This document shows positions 9,856 through 20,579 of a stretch of DNA of 64,000 bases, piece after piece. The notes beneath the pieces are model-generated. The model did no database searches. It saw only the letters and a program-made list of their open reading frames with translations, and was not told the DNA's origin. The number at the start of each line of letters is the position of its first letter. The stretch's first letter is position 1. The DNA is from Thermodesulfobacteriota bacterium (GTDB taxonomy: Bacteria > Desulfobacterota > Desulfobulbia > Desulfobulbales > SURF-16): assembly GCA_040755455.1 (NCBI GenBank), contig JBFMAY010000019.1, forward strand, positions 1 through 64,000. The letters run 5' to 3'. The translations under genes were made by a program, and so were the position numbers.

Positions 9856-12381
9856 ATGAACGGATACATCTGCATCCATGGCCATTTCTATCAGCCTCCA
9901 CGGGAGAACCCCTGGCTTGAACGCATCGAGGTGCAAGACTCGGCCGAGCCCTATCATGATTGGAACGCCAGGGTGCATGCCGAGTGTTACGCACCAAATG
10001 CCGTTTCCCGCATACTGGATGCCAGAAGCAGAATAACCGGCATTGTCAACAACTATGAGCATATCAGCTTTAACTTCGGCCCCACCCTCTTGTCCTGGAT
10101 CGAGCGGAACGCCCCCGACATTTACAGAAAAATTATTGAGGCGGACCAGATAAGCTCGGAAAAACACGGGGGGCACGGCAATGCCATCGCCCAGCCATAC
10201 AACCACATGATCATGCCGCTGGCCAACCGGCGGGACAAGATCACCCAAACCGTCTGGGGCATCAGTTCATTCCGCAAACATTTCAACCGCGCTCCGGAGG
10301 GGATGTGGCTACCGGAAACCGCGGTGAACCTCGACACCCTGGAAATCCTCTACGATCACGACATTCGCTTTACCATTCTTGCTCCCCGGCAGGCCAGGAG
10401 AGTCCGGCCCCTCAATGCAACGGCCTGGCTTGATGCCAGCGACGGGTCCGTTGACCCCACCATGCCTTATCTGGTGCGTCTTCCCTGCGGCGGCACCATT
10501 GCTGTTTTTTTCTATCACGGCGCCATCGCCCACGATCTGGCCTTTGGCGGCCTCCTGCAGAATGCGGAAAACTTCGAAAACAGACTTTTCCAGGCCCTGC
10601 CCGCCGCAGGAAAAAATCCGCCGCTGGTTAACGTCGCCACCGACGGTGAGACCTATGGCCACCATCACCGGTTCGGCGATATGGCCCTGGCCTATGCCCT
10701 TGAACAGGTCAGGAAAAAGCCTGATGTCGGCCTGACAAATTACGGGGAATATCTTTCCCTGTTCAGCCCCACCCATGAGGTTGAGATTATCGACAACAGC
10801 TCCTGGAGCTGTGTGCACGGCATTGAGCGCTGGCGGGGGGATTGCGGCTGCCGGGCCGGGGGGCACGCCGACTGGAACCAGAAATGGCGGCAAACACTGC
10901 GGGAAAGCCTTGACTGGCTCAGGTATGAACTGATCCGCATTTACGGAAGACTTGCCCCCCAACTCTTGCAGAATCCCTGGCTGGCCCGGGATCAATACAT
11001 TGACGTGATCATGGCCCGCTCTGAAGCCGCCAAGAACGTTTTTCTTGACCGATGTGCGGCAAAACCGCTGAACAATACGGAGCGGTCCAAGGCCTTGCAA
11101 CTGCTGGAGATGCAGAGGAATGCCATGCTGATGTACACCAGTTGCGGCTGGTTTTTTGATGAAATGTCCGGCATCGAAGCCACCCAGGTGCTGCGATACG
11201 CAGCCCGGGCCATTGAACTGGCGGAGCGATGTTCGGGAGAAGCGCTGGAAGAGGCGTTCATGGAACGGCTCGAGAAAGCCCAAAGCAACATCAGCGGCAT
11301 GGGGACCGGGGCCGACATTTACCGGAGATTCGCCCTTGCCGCCAAGTCCCACCTCAAAGAGGTGGCCATCCATTTTTCCCTCAGCTCGTTTTTTGAGAAT
11401 TATCAACAGAAAAACAGCCTCGGCTGTTACATCATCGAACTGAAGGAATATGAGAAGCAGCGGCATGAACATACCCTTGCCGCTTCAGGCAGATTGCACG
11501 CCAGATCCACCATCACCGAGGAAGAGTCCTCCTTTATCTTTGCCGCCCTGCAGCAGGAGCCCCATGACTATTACTGTACGGTCAAGGCCTGTTCCGCCAT
11601 AACCGCGCCAGCCAAGGCAACCTTGCAGGCGATATCCCCCGCCAATCACCTCTATGCGCAACTGGCGGATTCACTCTTTACCAGTCTGAAGACCAAGGGG
11701 CCGAGCGCAGCCCTGAAGGTCATTGACCACTACCTGGGGACGGATCGTTACACCATCAAGGATCTTTTCAAGGATGAACAGGAGGAATTGCTCAACATCG
11801 TCCTGGAAGGGGAGCTTGAATACGTCGGAGAAACCCTTGAGGCGGTCTACAGCAAGACCTCATTTCTCACCATACTGCTTGAGGAATGCGGGCACCGCAT
11901 ACCAGCGCCCTTTACCATTGCCGCCGAGGTTACCCTCAAAAGGAAACTGGTCAATGCCCTCAAAAGCCAACGATCAACCCATGAGACCATCCGCCTGCTG
12001 CTCGATGAAATCAACCGGTGGCACATCTCCCTGGACAATGAATGGCTTGAGAGAATCCTGCGTGACCGCATCGAAAAGGAAATGTTCGCGGTCAAGGATG
12101 ACCCGACAGTCAACAACCTGCAGCAGATGAATGCCAAGCTGTCAATGCTCTATCTCTTCCCTGTCCAGGCGAACCTCTGGCAGGCCCAGAATACTTATTT
12201 CGACCTGCTGCACTCCAGTTATCCGGCCAGACAGGAACTGGCTGACAACGGTGACCGCGAAGCAGGGAAATGGCTTGAAGAGTTCATGCGGCTCGGCGAC
12301 GGACTGTTTATCAATGTCGACAATGTGGTTGCCGACATGGCGGCAACGCAAAAAAAAGATACGCGGCCCCTGCCGGCATAA
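9856..12381 (+). CDS. Glycoside hydrolase family 57 / DUF3536-domain protein
   Basis: IHGHFYQPPRENPW, GMWLPETAV, ATDGETYGHH, SSWSCVHGIERW and MYTSCGWFFDE motifs; SD AAGGAG before ATG 9856. Confidence 0.92.
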   Translation: MNGYICIHGHFYQPPRENPWLERIEVQDSAEPYHDWNARVHAECYAPNAVSRILDARSRITGIVNNYEHISFNFGPTLLSWIERNAPDIYRKIIEADQISSEKHGGHGNAIAQPYNHMIMPLANRRDKITQTVWGISSFRKHFNRAPEGMWLPETAVNLDTLEILYDHDIRFTILAPRQARRVRPLNATAWLDASDGSVDPTMPYLVRLPCGGTIAVFFYHGAIAHDLAFGGLLQNAENFENRLFQALPAAGKNPPLVNVATDGETYGHHHRFGDMALAYALEQVRKKPDVGLTNYGEYLSLFSPTHEVEIIDNSSWSCVHGIERWRGDCGCRAGGHADWNQKWRQTLRESLDWLRYELIRIYGRLAPQLLQNPWLARDQYIDVIMARSEAAKNVFLDRCAAKPLNNTERSKALQLLEMQRNAMLMYTSCGWFFDEMSGIEATQVLRYAARAIELAERCSGEALEEAFMERLEKAQSNISGMGTGADIYRRFALAAKSHLKEVAIHFSLSSFFENYQQKNSLGCYIIELKEYEKQRHEHTLAASGRLHARSTITEEESSFIFAALQQEPHDYYCTVKACSAITAPAKATLQAISPANHLYAQLADSLFTSLKTKGPSAALKVIDHYLGTDRYTIKDLFKDEQEELLNIVLEGELEYVGETLEAVYSKTSFLTILLEECGHRIPAPFTIAAEVTLKRKLVNALKSQRSTHETIRLLLDEINRWHISLDNEWLERILRDRIEKEMFAVKDDPTVNNLQQMNAKLSMLYLFPVQANLWQAQNTYFDLLHSSYPARQELADNGDREAGKWLEEFMRLGDGLFINVDNVVADMAATQKKDTRPLPA

Positions 12382-12437
12382 CACGGAAAATCATCATATT
12401 ATCCCCCCGCATTGCTGCGATTGACCGGGCGGGATGA

Positions 12438-12884
12438 CTATCTGCTCTCCCTCCCCCGGGAAGAACGGCCGATATGAATCATGGTTGCCTTCATTGATAA
12501 CAGCACATCGACAAAGAGCAGCACCATCGACACCAGGATGAAGAGGCAACTGCCGCCGATAAGTGAAATGGCAAATACCGGCACGGACAGACCAAGCAAC
12601 TTATCAAAAAGAGACATCATTACCAGGAAGCTGCTCAATATCGTGCTTAACACAAGGGTGGCAAAACTATACTTCAACAATCGGCAGCGTAGCACCAGCA
12701 GATCGATTTCCCGGTTTATTGAGGCAGGAGCATTGCCGGCAAGAGAACGATCATATAATTCTCTCGTTCTGCTGGTTGCCTGGATATAGCGCGCGTTTAT
12801 CGTCAAAACCAGGATGCCGATGCCTGAAACAAGCACAAGCGGGGCGGTGGCAGCTGACAGGGTTTCACTGAAAATCACATTCAT
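12438..12884 (-). CDS. Membrane protein (DUF2721-like)
   Basis: APLVLVSGIGILVLTINARY motif; three hydrophobic segments. Confidence 0.7.
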   Translation of the reverse strand: MNVIFSETLSAATAPLVLVSGIGILVLTINARYIQATSRTRELYDRSLAGNAPASINREIDLLVLRCRLLKYSFATLVLSTILSSFLVMMSLFDKLLGLSVPVFAISLIGGSCLFILVSMVLLFVDVLLSMKATMIHIGRSSRGRESR

Positions 12885-13000
12885 ATTCCCCTCATTGCGT
12901 TACGGCGCCAGCCGGTTTTCATGGGCCTTTCGCCGGCAAGCGATCGCAGCCGGCCGGGCACATTTTTTCCTTAAAAAACAGGACGACAGTCCAAAAAAAA

Positions 13001-13032
13001 AGGAAATCAGCTGCAATAAGCTGATTTCCTTT
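13001..13032 (-). terminator. Intrinsic terminator downstream of tRNA-Glu
   Basis: AAGGAAATCAGC-loop-GCTGATTTCCTT hairpin followed by a U-run on the minus strand. Confidence 0.7.
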
Positions 13033-13044
13033 ATACATTTCACG

Positions 13045-13119
13045 TGGTGACCCCAAGGGGAATCGAACCCCTGTTTTCGGCGTGAGAGGCCAACGTCCTG
13101 ACCGCTAGACGATGGGGCC
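13045..13119 (-). tRNA. tRNA-Glu (anticodon CTC)
   Basis: Reverse complement GGCCCCATCGTCTAGCGGTCAGGACGTTGGCCTCTCACGCCGAAAACAGGGGTTCGATTCCCCTTGGGGTCACCA folds as a full cloverleaf with encoded CCA. Confidence 0.97.
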
Positions 13120-13179
13120 TTGAATGATGGGACACTAACTTAACGGAAATCAGAGAAATGTCAAGAATTATATGAAGAC

Positions 13180-13752
13180 TCAGGTAACGATCCGCCGGCC
13201 GAACTCTTCGGCCTGGGCCATCCTGTCAACATCCTTTGCCATCTCACCCCGTTTATCGATACCCTTGACAAGCAGGGCACCGCCGTAGCCGAAGCCAATG
13301 GCGTCATAGAAATATTTCGAGGTCAGCACCGCACCATCAAAAATCTTTTCGCCTTTGGTGGCGGCCACGGAGACAAAAAAACCGAGCTTGCCGGTATTTT
13401 CCTGCCACTCGCCCTTTTTCTTCAAAATATATTTCCGGCTCCAGAAGGCCTGAGCCCGGTCAACAAAGGCCTTGGCCTGGGCCGTGATACTGTAGAAGTA
13501 GATGGGCGAGGCAAGGATAATCCTTCGCGCCCCATCCATCTTTTCATACAGCAGGCCCATATCATCTTTTACCACGCAGACGCCCGTCTTGTCACACCCG
13601 CCGCAGCTCAAACAAGGGGAGATGCTCAAATCAGCCAGGCGGATGATCTCAATCTCACCACCGGCAGACGCCACCCCTTTCGCCACTGCGGAAAGCAACA
13701 CCTGCGTGTTGCCGCCGTGCCGGGGAGAGCCATTAAAGGCCAGCACTTTCAT
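13180..13752 (-). CDS. Iron-sulfur flavoprotein / NADPH-dependent FMN reductase family protein
   Basis: GSPRHGGNT, CLSCGGC-x5-C and ASPIYF motifs. Confidence 0.9.
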   Translation of the reverse strand: MKVLAFNGSPRHGGNTQVLLSAVAKGVASAGGEIEIIRLADLSISPCLSCGGCDKTGVCVVKDDMGLLYEKMDGARRIILASPIYFYSITAQAKAFVDRAQAFWSRKYILKKKGEWQENTGKLGFFVSVAATKGEKIFDGAVLTSKYFYDAIGFGYGGALLVKGIDKRGEMAKDVDRMAQAEEFGRRIVT

Positions 13753-13755
13753 CGT

Positions 13756-15291
13756 TCATACTCCTTTTACCGCCGGGGCGCTCTTACCCCGTCCATAGAA
13801 GAGAACCTCATCCCGCAGGTAATGAATGACTTCCGGCGAAAGAAAGGGAGAGGCGCATCGCCATACCCAGTTCCCCTTCAGCACACTGGGCCGGTTCATC
13901 CGGCAATCTGAACCGAATCCCAGCACATCCTGCAAGGGAACGACCGCCAGAGTGGCCACCGAGGCAAAGGCCATCCGCACAAAATCACGGTGTATCACCT
14001 GCCCGTCGCTGTTGGCATAACGCCGTGCCCGGTCTTTACTTGCCTGGGGAACCTTACCGTCAAAATACCAGCCGACCGTGGTGTCATTGTCATGGGTACC
14101 GGTATAGACCACGCAGTTTTTTGTTTGGAAATTGTGGGGAAGATAGAGGTTTAACTCGTCTGAATCAAAGGCAAACTGCAGAATTTTCATACCCGGATAA
14201 CCTAATCCATCCCGCAATTTTTCAACATCCGGGGTAATGACGCCCAGATCTTCGGCAATGATATCGATCCCGCCGGTTGCCTCCTTTAGCTGCTCGAAAA
14301 AGAAAAAACCGGGGCCCTTGATCCATTTGCCGTTCACTGCCGTTTCCTCACCGGCCGGGATCTGCCAGTACGAGGCAAAGCCGCGGAAATGATCAATACG
14401 CACCACATCAACCATTCTGCCGATATGAAGGAACCGCTGCCGCCACCACGCATAAAGCCTTTGGTTCGGTCGCCGGTTCACCTCCCAGAGATAGAGAGGA
14501 TTACCCCAGCGCTGCCCGGTTTCACTGAAATAATCTGGGGGAACCCCGGCAACATGCAGGGGTTGCAGGGTAGTCTTATCAAGGTCGAAACACGACTGAT
14601 TGGCCCAGACATCGGCACTGTCCAAACCAACATAAATGGGGATATCCCCGATCAGCCTTATCGCTTTCTTCTGGGCAGCCTGACGCATTCTCCGCCATTG
14701 CATGAAAAAGACAAACTGAACGAATTTGTGATACCTGCATCGCTCATCAAGCTCCTTTGCCTCCTTCGCCAGACTCTTTTTATCATGGGCGGCAATTTTC
14801 CGGGGCCATTCATACCAGGGCTTGGAGTCGAACTTTTCCCGCAAACTCATGAACAGGGCAAAATCCTCAAGCCATGCCGCATGCTCGCGGCAGAAATGAT
14901 CAAAAGCCTCATCAAACAGCTTGATGGCTAAAAATCTCTGAAAACTCATGGCCAGCAACCTGTTCTTAAAATCCGTCACAGCAGAATAATCAACCATATA
15001 TTCGGAAAAATAAGGCTTGCCCAGTAGATCCTCTCTGTGCAGCAGACCCTTCTCAAGAAGAAGAGCCGGACTTATCAAAAGAGGATTACCGGCAAATGCC
15101 GAAAGGCTCATATAGGGGGAATTGCCGAAAACATCATCGACCATACCCGTTGGCAGAAACTGCCAATAGGACTGTCCCGCCTGTTCGAGGAAGTCCAAAA
15201 AAAAGTATGCTGAATCAAGATCACCTATGCCGTAGGGACCAGGGAGGGAAGACAGATGGGCAAGAATACCGCTGGATCGCTGCTGGAGCAT
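13756..15291 (-). CDS. malQ: 4-alpha-glucanotransferase (GH77)
   Basis: GILAHLSSLPG, GDIPIYV, GVPPDYFSETGQRWGNP, RIDHFRGF, AEDLG and YTGTHDNDT motifs. Confidence 0.96.
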   Translation of the reverse strand: MLQQRSSGILAHLSSLPGPYGIGDLDSAYFFLDFLEQAGQSYWQFLPTGMVDDVFGNSPYMSLSAFAGNPLLISPALLLEKGLLHREDLLGKPYFSEYMVDYSAVTDFKNRLLAMSFQRFLAIKLFDEAFDHFCREHAAWLEDFALFMSLREKFDSKPWYEWPRKIAAHDKKSLAKEAKELDERCRYHKFVQFVFFMQWRRMRQAAQKKAIRLIGDIPIYVGLDSADVWANQSCFDLDKTTLQPLHVAGVPPDYFSETGQRWGNPLYLWEVNRRPNQRLYAWWRQRFLHIGRMVDVVRIDHFRGFASYWQIPAGEETAVNGKWIKGPGFFFFEQLKEATGGIDIIAEDLGVITPDVEKLRDGLGYPGMKILQFAFDSDELNLYLPHNFQTKNCVVYTGTHDNDTTVGWYFDGKVPQASKDRARRYANSDGQVIHRDFVRMAFASVATLAVVPLQDVLGFGSDCRMNRPSVLKGNWVWRCASPFLSPEVIHYLRDEVLFYGRGKSAPAVKGV

Positions 15292-15588
15292 TTTTCTTCC
15301 TTGTCAAAGAATCTTTTTTTTTGCTAAAGTGAAAGAGCATGATTACATTTCTTTTCTAGCAAGACACGCCTTAACATTCCTCACGCCAATCAGAAAATAA
15401 ATTATGAAATACCTTTACCGCAAAGTCAAGACAACGATTTCTCTTTTTTCTATTGCAACAAATTAAAGCTTGTTATAGATTAAAGAGTTTTCGTGCTCTG
15501 AAAGTCCGCTTCATTTTGCTTTCACTGCATCTTTACCAATGCAAACACCCATCAGCAACATCTTAACCGAGTCGGGAGACAAAAATCA

Positions 15589-16911
15589 GTGCATGTCGAT
15601 ATTAAAGACAGAATACTGAAAGCTGGGAAGGAAAAAGGCTGTATCAGCATTGACACGCTGAACGACCTTATTCCGGAAGACACTGACGCCAGCTATATCG
15701 ATGAAATTTTTGCCTTTTTAGATCAGAACGAAATTGACGTTGCCAGCCGTCCGGAACTGGGCAAGAACAAACGGTCTGATGGCAAGGACTGGCAGGAAGA
15801 AGAGGCTGAGGAAGCCAGAAAAGCGGGGGGTAAGTCTGCTGCAGCCAAGGACGAGCTGCAGGAGGCGGAAGAGACCACCACCACCTACCTGCGCGAAATG
15901 GGTCGTTTTGATCTCCTCACCCCGGAAGAGGAGGAAAAGTATAGTAAAATCATCAGGGAGGGTTTTGACGCCATCATCAAAACCATCCATAGCGATGAAT
16001 CAGGTGTTGAGGAAATGAAGGCACTGGTGGACCGCATATCCCTGTGGGAAAAACGGGACCCAACCCTGAAACCCAAGAAACAACACCTCAACTTCATGTG
16101 CAAAAAAATGCAGGAGGTCTCTGCCCTTCATCCTGATATCGAGCATCTGCAGCAGGCGGAAAACAAGATAAATCTCTACGCCCGTTCCATCGAGTCCGCC
16201 AAGGACGCCATGATCAAGGCCAACCTGCGACTGGTCGTTAGCATTGCCAAACGCTATATGCACCAGGGCTTAAGCCTGGCCGATCTCATCCAGGAAGGCA
16301 ATCTCGGCCTCATGCGGGCCGTCTTCCGGTTTGACTACAAAAAAGGCAACAAGTTCAGCACCTACGCCAGCTGGTGGATCAGACAGGCAATCACCCGGGC
16401 GATTCTGGACAAGACCCGCACCATTCGTCTTCCGGTGCATTTCCTGGAGTTGCGCAGCCAGTTTTTCAAGGCCTTCTATTCCCTGCTCAAGGAACTCGGC
16501 CGCGAACCCACCCCGGTGGAAATTTCCGAAAAAACCGGACTGCCCATGGACAAGATTCTTGCCATCCTTGAGGCATCCAGAGAACCGATCTCCCTGGAAA
16601 CTCCGGTGGGCGATGACGACAGCACCCTCGGCGACTTTCTGGAAAACCAGGAATCAGTTTCTCCCTATGAAGCGGTGAAAAACACCGAACTGTCGGACAG
16701 GGTCAAAAATATCCTTGCCACCTTGAGCCCCAGGGAAGAAAAAATCATCCGGCTTCGTTTCGGCATCGGCGAAGATGCCGAATACACCCTCGAAGAGATC
16801 GGCAAACGATTCAATGTTTCCCGGGAGCGTATCCGGCAGATTGAAAAAAAGGCGTTGAATCGCCTGCGTCACTCCAGCAGACGGGATAAACTGAAGTTTT
16901 TCCTCGATTAA
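15589..16911 (+). CDS. RNA polymerase sigma70 factor, RpoD-like (possibly a paralog)
   Basis: Region 1.1-like N-terminus; YLREMG, ANLRLVVSIAKRY, DLIQEGNLGLM, KFSTYASWWIRQAI and TLEEIGKRFNVSRERIRQIE motifs. Confidence 0.93.
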   Translation: MHVDIKDRILKAGKEKGCISIDTLNDLIPEDTDASYIDEIFAFLDQNEIDVASRPELGKNKRSDGKDWQEEEAEEARKAGGKSAAAKDELQEAEETTTTYLREMGRFDLLTPEEEEKYSKIIREGFDAIIKTIHSDESGVEEMKALVDRISLWEKRDPTLKPKKQHLNFMCKKMQEVSALHPDIEHLQQAENKINLYARSIESAKDAMIKANLRLVVSIAKRYMHQGLSLADLIQEGNLGLMRAVFRFDYKKGNKFSTYASWWIRQAITRAILDKTRTIRLPVHFLELRSQFFKAFYSLLKELGREPTPVEISEKTGLPMDKILAILEASREPISLETPVGDDDSTLGDFLENQESVSPYEAVKNTELSDRVKNILATLSPREEKIIRLRFGIGEDAEYTLEEIGKRFNVSRERIRQIEKKALNRLRHSSRRDKLKFFLD

Positions 16912-16922
16912 GAGGATTCCCG

Positions 16923-19448
16923 GTGCTTTTCTCCGGGCGATCACCCCATCTGCTCATCCAGGCGGTGATCGCCTTTGCTGCCGGCATCGCCGGTGCGGCA
17001 TACCTTGTTCAAAACCCCATTCTTCTTTTCCCGGCCGTTCTTTTCCTTGCCCTGGCTGTTTTTCTCTGCTGGTTTACTAAAAACGCCTTGCAACTGCCTC
17101 TGCTGCTGCTTTTCTGGTTTGTTTGCGGCTTGCTGCACGGAGCGTCCCTGCAACCGCCCAGCAAAACGGACAGTCTTTACCGGCTTTTTGCATACAGCCA
17201 GGAGGCAACCCTGGTTGGCACGCTCCTGCAAGCACCGGCTGTTGCAGCGGACACAACCCGCCTGCTGATGCAGGCTGATGCTTATCTTACCCAGGAAAAC
17301 AACATAATCACAGAGGTGCAGCAGGATAATTCCTCCGACCCGCAGCCATTGATATTCAAACCTGCCCAGGGCAACATCGAACTGACCCTCAGAGGACCAC
17401 CGCCGGAAGAGATACGCCCGGGCCAGCGCCTGCTGGTCAGGGCACTGGTCTCGCGGCCAAGGGGATTGTCCAACCCGGGCGGTTTTGATTACCGGAAATT
17501 TCTTGCCGGCAAATCGATCTGGGTTACCGGCTGGATCAGCTCACCGGCCCATATAACAACTTTGCCCGCGGATGACGGCAATTCATTCTGGCGGAACCTG
17601 CGGTTTTTTCCGGAACAAGTTCGCTATCACATCAATCAATTTCTCACCACCCATCTTGCTGCCGGCCAGAGCAGTCTCTACATGGCGATCTTAACCGGTG
17701 AAAGGGCGGCACTCTCGCCGGCAACCCTTGAAAACTTCAAGGCAACCGGCGCCATTGATCTCCTGGCCATCTCCGGGTTGCATATGGGACTCATCGCCTT
17801 CGGGGCCGGCTCTGTCATCAACTGGCTCATCAAACGCTCAACTTGGCTGCTCATCCATACCTCGGCCTGGAAAACGGCGGTGTATCTCATCATGCCCATT
17901 CTCTGCGGGTACGCCCTGATCGCCGGTTTGCAAACCCCGGTTGTTCGCTCGCTCATCATGATCTCGGTTTTTCTCTTGGCAGTACTCTTTGACCGTCAAT
18001 GGCATTTCCCGACCAACATCGCCATCGCCGCCCTTATTATCCTGCTCATAAACCCTGCTGAGCTTTTTAACGTTTCCTTTCAACTCTCTTTTGCGGCAGT
18101 GATCGCCATTGCTGCCATCATGCCCCAGTTCATGCCGCTCGTATTGCCCTCAGAAGATAAAACAGAAGAATATCAGAGGAAGATGATCTTGGGCAAAATC
18201 AGCACACTCATAAAAGGAGGATTTTTCCTTTCCCTTGCCGCCCTCGCCGGAATCCTGCCGTTGCTGGTTTTTTATTTCAACCGTTTTTCGCCACTGTCCA
18301 CAATTTCCACCCTGCTGCTTGAGCCTCTGCTCTGTTACTGGGCCTTGCCCCTGGGACTGATCAGTGTACCCTTTATCTTTTTTGCCCCGGACATCGCCCG
18401 CCTTCTCCTCACTCTCGGGGCAATGGGTGTGAGCCTGGCGGACAGGCTCTGCACCTGGCTGGCCGCGCTGCCGTTCAGCTCCATCTGGCTGCCCACGCCG
18501 TTGCCCCTCGAAATCGTCTGCTACTATGCCCTTCTATTCAGTATTCTTTTCCTCAATAAATCAACAACCGCCAGACTGACCGCAATCATCAGCATCGTCA
18601 CCCTGCTGATTACCACCGGCTATATCTTTTACAAACAGCACTCTACGGAGACAGACACAATTACCGTGCTGGACGTGGGACAGGGCAATGCCGTTGTCAT
18701 CGAACTGGCCGGCGGTTTTACCGCCTTGATTGACGGCGGCGGCTCCTATTCCCCGCACTATAATGTCGGGGAAAGGGTCATCGCCCCGTTTCTCTGGAGC
18801 AAAAGAATCAGCCATTTGGATGCGGTGGTCATCAGCCATCCCGATGCGGATCATTTTAACGGCCTTGACTTTATCATCAAAAGATTCCGGCCGGAAACCA
18901 TCTGGATTAACGGCGGGAATGCCGCCAATGCCAGCTACACCGCCCTGCTGGATCTGGCCGGCAGACAGGGCGCCGCCATCCGCGTTCCCCGGAGCGGCGA
19001 AACGCTTTTTGCCAGCAGTAAGTCACGATTTTCTAATGTGGCCGATATCCATCTGGATGAGTCAACTGGCAGCGAAAATGACCGAAGTCTGGCAATGCGG
19101 CTTACCAGCCAAGGGAAAGACTTTCTTTTCACCGGAGACATAGGAGAGTACGCGGAACAGCAAATGGCGGAGGAGCAAAAAGAGATTCAGGCCGACGTGC
19201 TCCTGCTGGCGCACCATGGCAGCAGCTCATCAACCAGCGCAAAATTCCTCTCCGCCGTGGCGCCGGAATATGCGGTGATTTCTGCGGGCCACAACAGAAC
19301 CCCCCTCTTCCCGGCGCCCGATGTCATCAACCGCTGCCGGAGTGCCGGCTGCACCATCTATAACACGGCGCAGGACGGGGCCGTCATCTTCACGGTGGCG
19401 GACGGAGGCACCCTAGAGGTGCGCAGAACCCTGTCTACACATCGGTAA
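16923..19448 (+). CDS. comEC: DNA internalization competence protein ComEC/Rec2
   Basis: NPGGFDY, LAISGLHMG and SFQLSF motifs; C-terminal metallo-beta-lactamase fold (DVGQG, SHPDADH, HHGS). Confidence 0.93.
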   Translation: MLFSGRSPHLLIQAVIAFAAGIAGAAYLVQNPILLFPAVLFLALAVFLCWFTKNALQLPLLLLFWFVCGLLHGASLQPPSKTDSLYRLFAYSQEATLVGTLLQAPAVAADTTRLLMQADAYLTQENNIITEVQQDNSSDPQPLIFKPAQGNIELTLRGPPPEEIRPGQRLLVRALVSRPRGLSNPGGFDYRKFLAGKSIWVTGWISSPAHITTLPADDGNSFWRNLRFFPEQVRYHINQFLTTHLAAGQSSLYMAILTGERAALSPATLENFKATGAIDLLAISGLHMGLIAFGAGSVINWLIKRSTWLLIHTSAWKTAVYLIMPILCGYALIAGLQTPVVRSLIMISVFLLAVLFDRQWHFPTNIAIAALIILLINPAELFNVSFQLSFAAVIAIAAIMPQFMPLVLPSEDKTEEYQRKMILGKISTLIKGGFFLSLAALAGILPLLVFYFNRFSPLSTISTLLLEPLLCYWALPLGLISVPFIFFAPDIARLLLTLGAMGVSLADRLCTWLAALPFSSIWLPTPLPLEIVCYYALLFSILFLNKSTTARLTAIISIVTLLITTGYIFYKQHSTETDTITVLDVGQGNAVVIELAGGFTALIDGGGSYSPHYNVGERVIAPFLWSKRISHLDAVVISHPDADHFNGLDFIIKRFRPETIWINGGNAANASYTALLDLAGRQGAAIRVPRSGETLFASSKSRFSNVADIHLDESTGSENDRSLAMRLTSQGKDFLFTGDIGEYAEQQMAEEQKEIQADVLLLAHHGSSSSTSAKFLSAVAPEYAVISAGHNRTPLFPAPDVINRCRSAGCTIYNTAQDGAVIFTVADGGTLEVRRTLSTHR

Positions 19449-20517
19449 AATCCGTGGGCGGTTTTGTGAGAAACTGGACGAATTTCCCCTTTTCAATGCA
19501 GTTGGAATAAGCTGCATCAGGTGAGATCCTGCCGCTGGTAAGATGGTCCAGGATGGCATCGTCCAGGGTCTGCATGCCATAGCGCTTTCCGGTCTGCATG
19601 GCGGATGGAATCTGATAGGTCTTGCCTTCACGGATCAGGTTGCGCACGGCCGGGGTGCAAATGAGAATCTCCAGGGCCGCACATCGCCCTTTTTTGTCGA
19701 TACGTTTAAACAGGGTCTGTGACACCACCGCCTTCAGGGCATCGGCCAGGGTGGATCGCACCTGGGCCTGCTGGCTGGAGGGAAAAATTTCAATAACCCT
19801 GTCCACCGTCTTGGACGCGTTCAGCGTATGCAGGGTGCCAAAAACCAGATGACCGGTCATGGCCGCCTCCATGGCCAGGGCAATGGTTTCCAGGTCACGC
19901 ATCTCGCCCACCAGGATGATATCCGGGTCTTCGCGCAGAGCACCGCGCAGGGCGGCGGAAAAGCTTTTGGTATGGAGACCGACCTCCCGGTGGTTGACAA
20001 TGCACTTCTGGCTTTTGTGCACGAACTCTATAGGGTCTTCAATGGTGAGAATATGATCACTGCGGGTTTTGTTCACCTCGTCGACTATGGCGGCAAGAGT
20101 TGTTGACTTACCGCTTCCCGTGGGACCGGTTACCAACACCATGCCTTTCGGCAGGGAGGCGAACTTTTTCACCACCGCTGGCAGGCTGAGCTGATCGCAG
20201 GTCAGTATTTCGCTTGGAATTTCCCGGAATACCGCGCCGATACCATACTTCTGCTGAAAAAGATTACCACGGTAACGGGCCAGGCCGGGCAGCTCATAAC
20301 CAAAATCCACATCACCCGTTTCTTCAAAGATCTTGGCCTTGTCCTCGCTGACTATCTCAAAAAGCATAGCTTTCAGGGTATCATTATCCATTACTTTGTA
20401 CTTTACCCGTTCCATATCGCCCCTGATCCGCAGAACCGGCTGCTGGCCGGCAACAAGGTGAAGATCCGAGGCTCCCTGATCGTTCATTAACTTAAAAAAA
20501 GCGTCAATCTGGGCCAT
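19435..20517 (-). CDS. pilT: Type IV pilus retraction ATPase
   Basis: ASDLHL, GPTGSGKSTT, TIEDPIEF, LREDPDIILVGEMRD and AVRNLIRE motifs. Confidence 0.95.
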   Translation of the reverse strand: MAQIDAFFKLMNDQGASDLHLVAGQQPVLRIRGDMERVKYKVMDNDTLKAMLFEIVSEDKAKIFEETGDVDFGYELPGLARYRGNLFQQKYGIGAVFREIPSEILTCDQLSLPAVVKKFASLPKGMVLVTGPTGSGKSTTLAAIVDEVNKTRSDHILTIEDPIEFVHKSQKCIVNHREVGLHTKSFSAALRGALREDPDIILVGEMRDLETIALAMEAAMTGHLVFGTLHTLNASKTVDRVIEIFPSSQQAQVRSTLADALKAVVSQTLFKRIDKKGRCAALEILICTPAVRNLIREGKTYQIPSAMQTGKRYGMQTLDDAILDHLTSGRISPDAAYSNCIEKGKFVQFLTKPPTDFTDV

Positions 20518-20579
20518 GCCTACCTCCTGATGAAAAAACAGAAAACTGATGAAAAAACCATCAGCCTATTGCTAATAAG

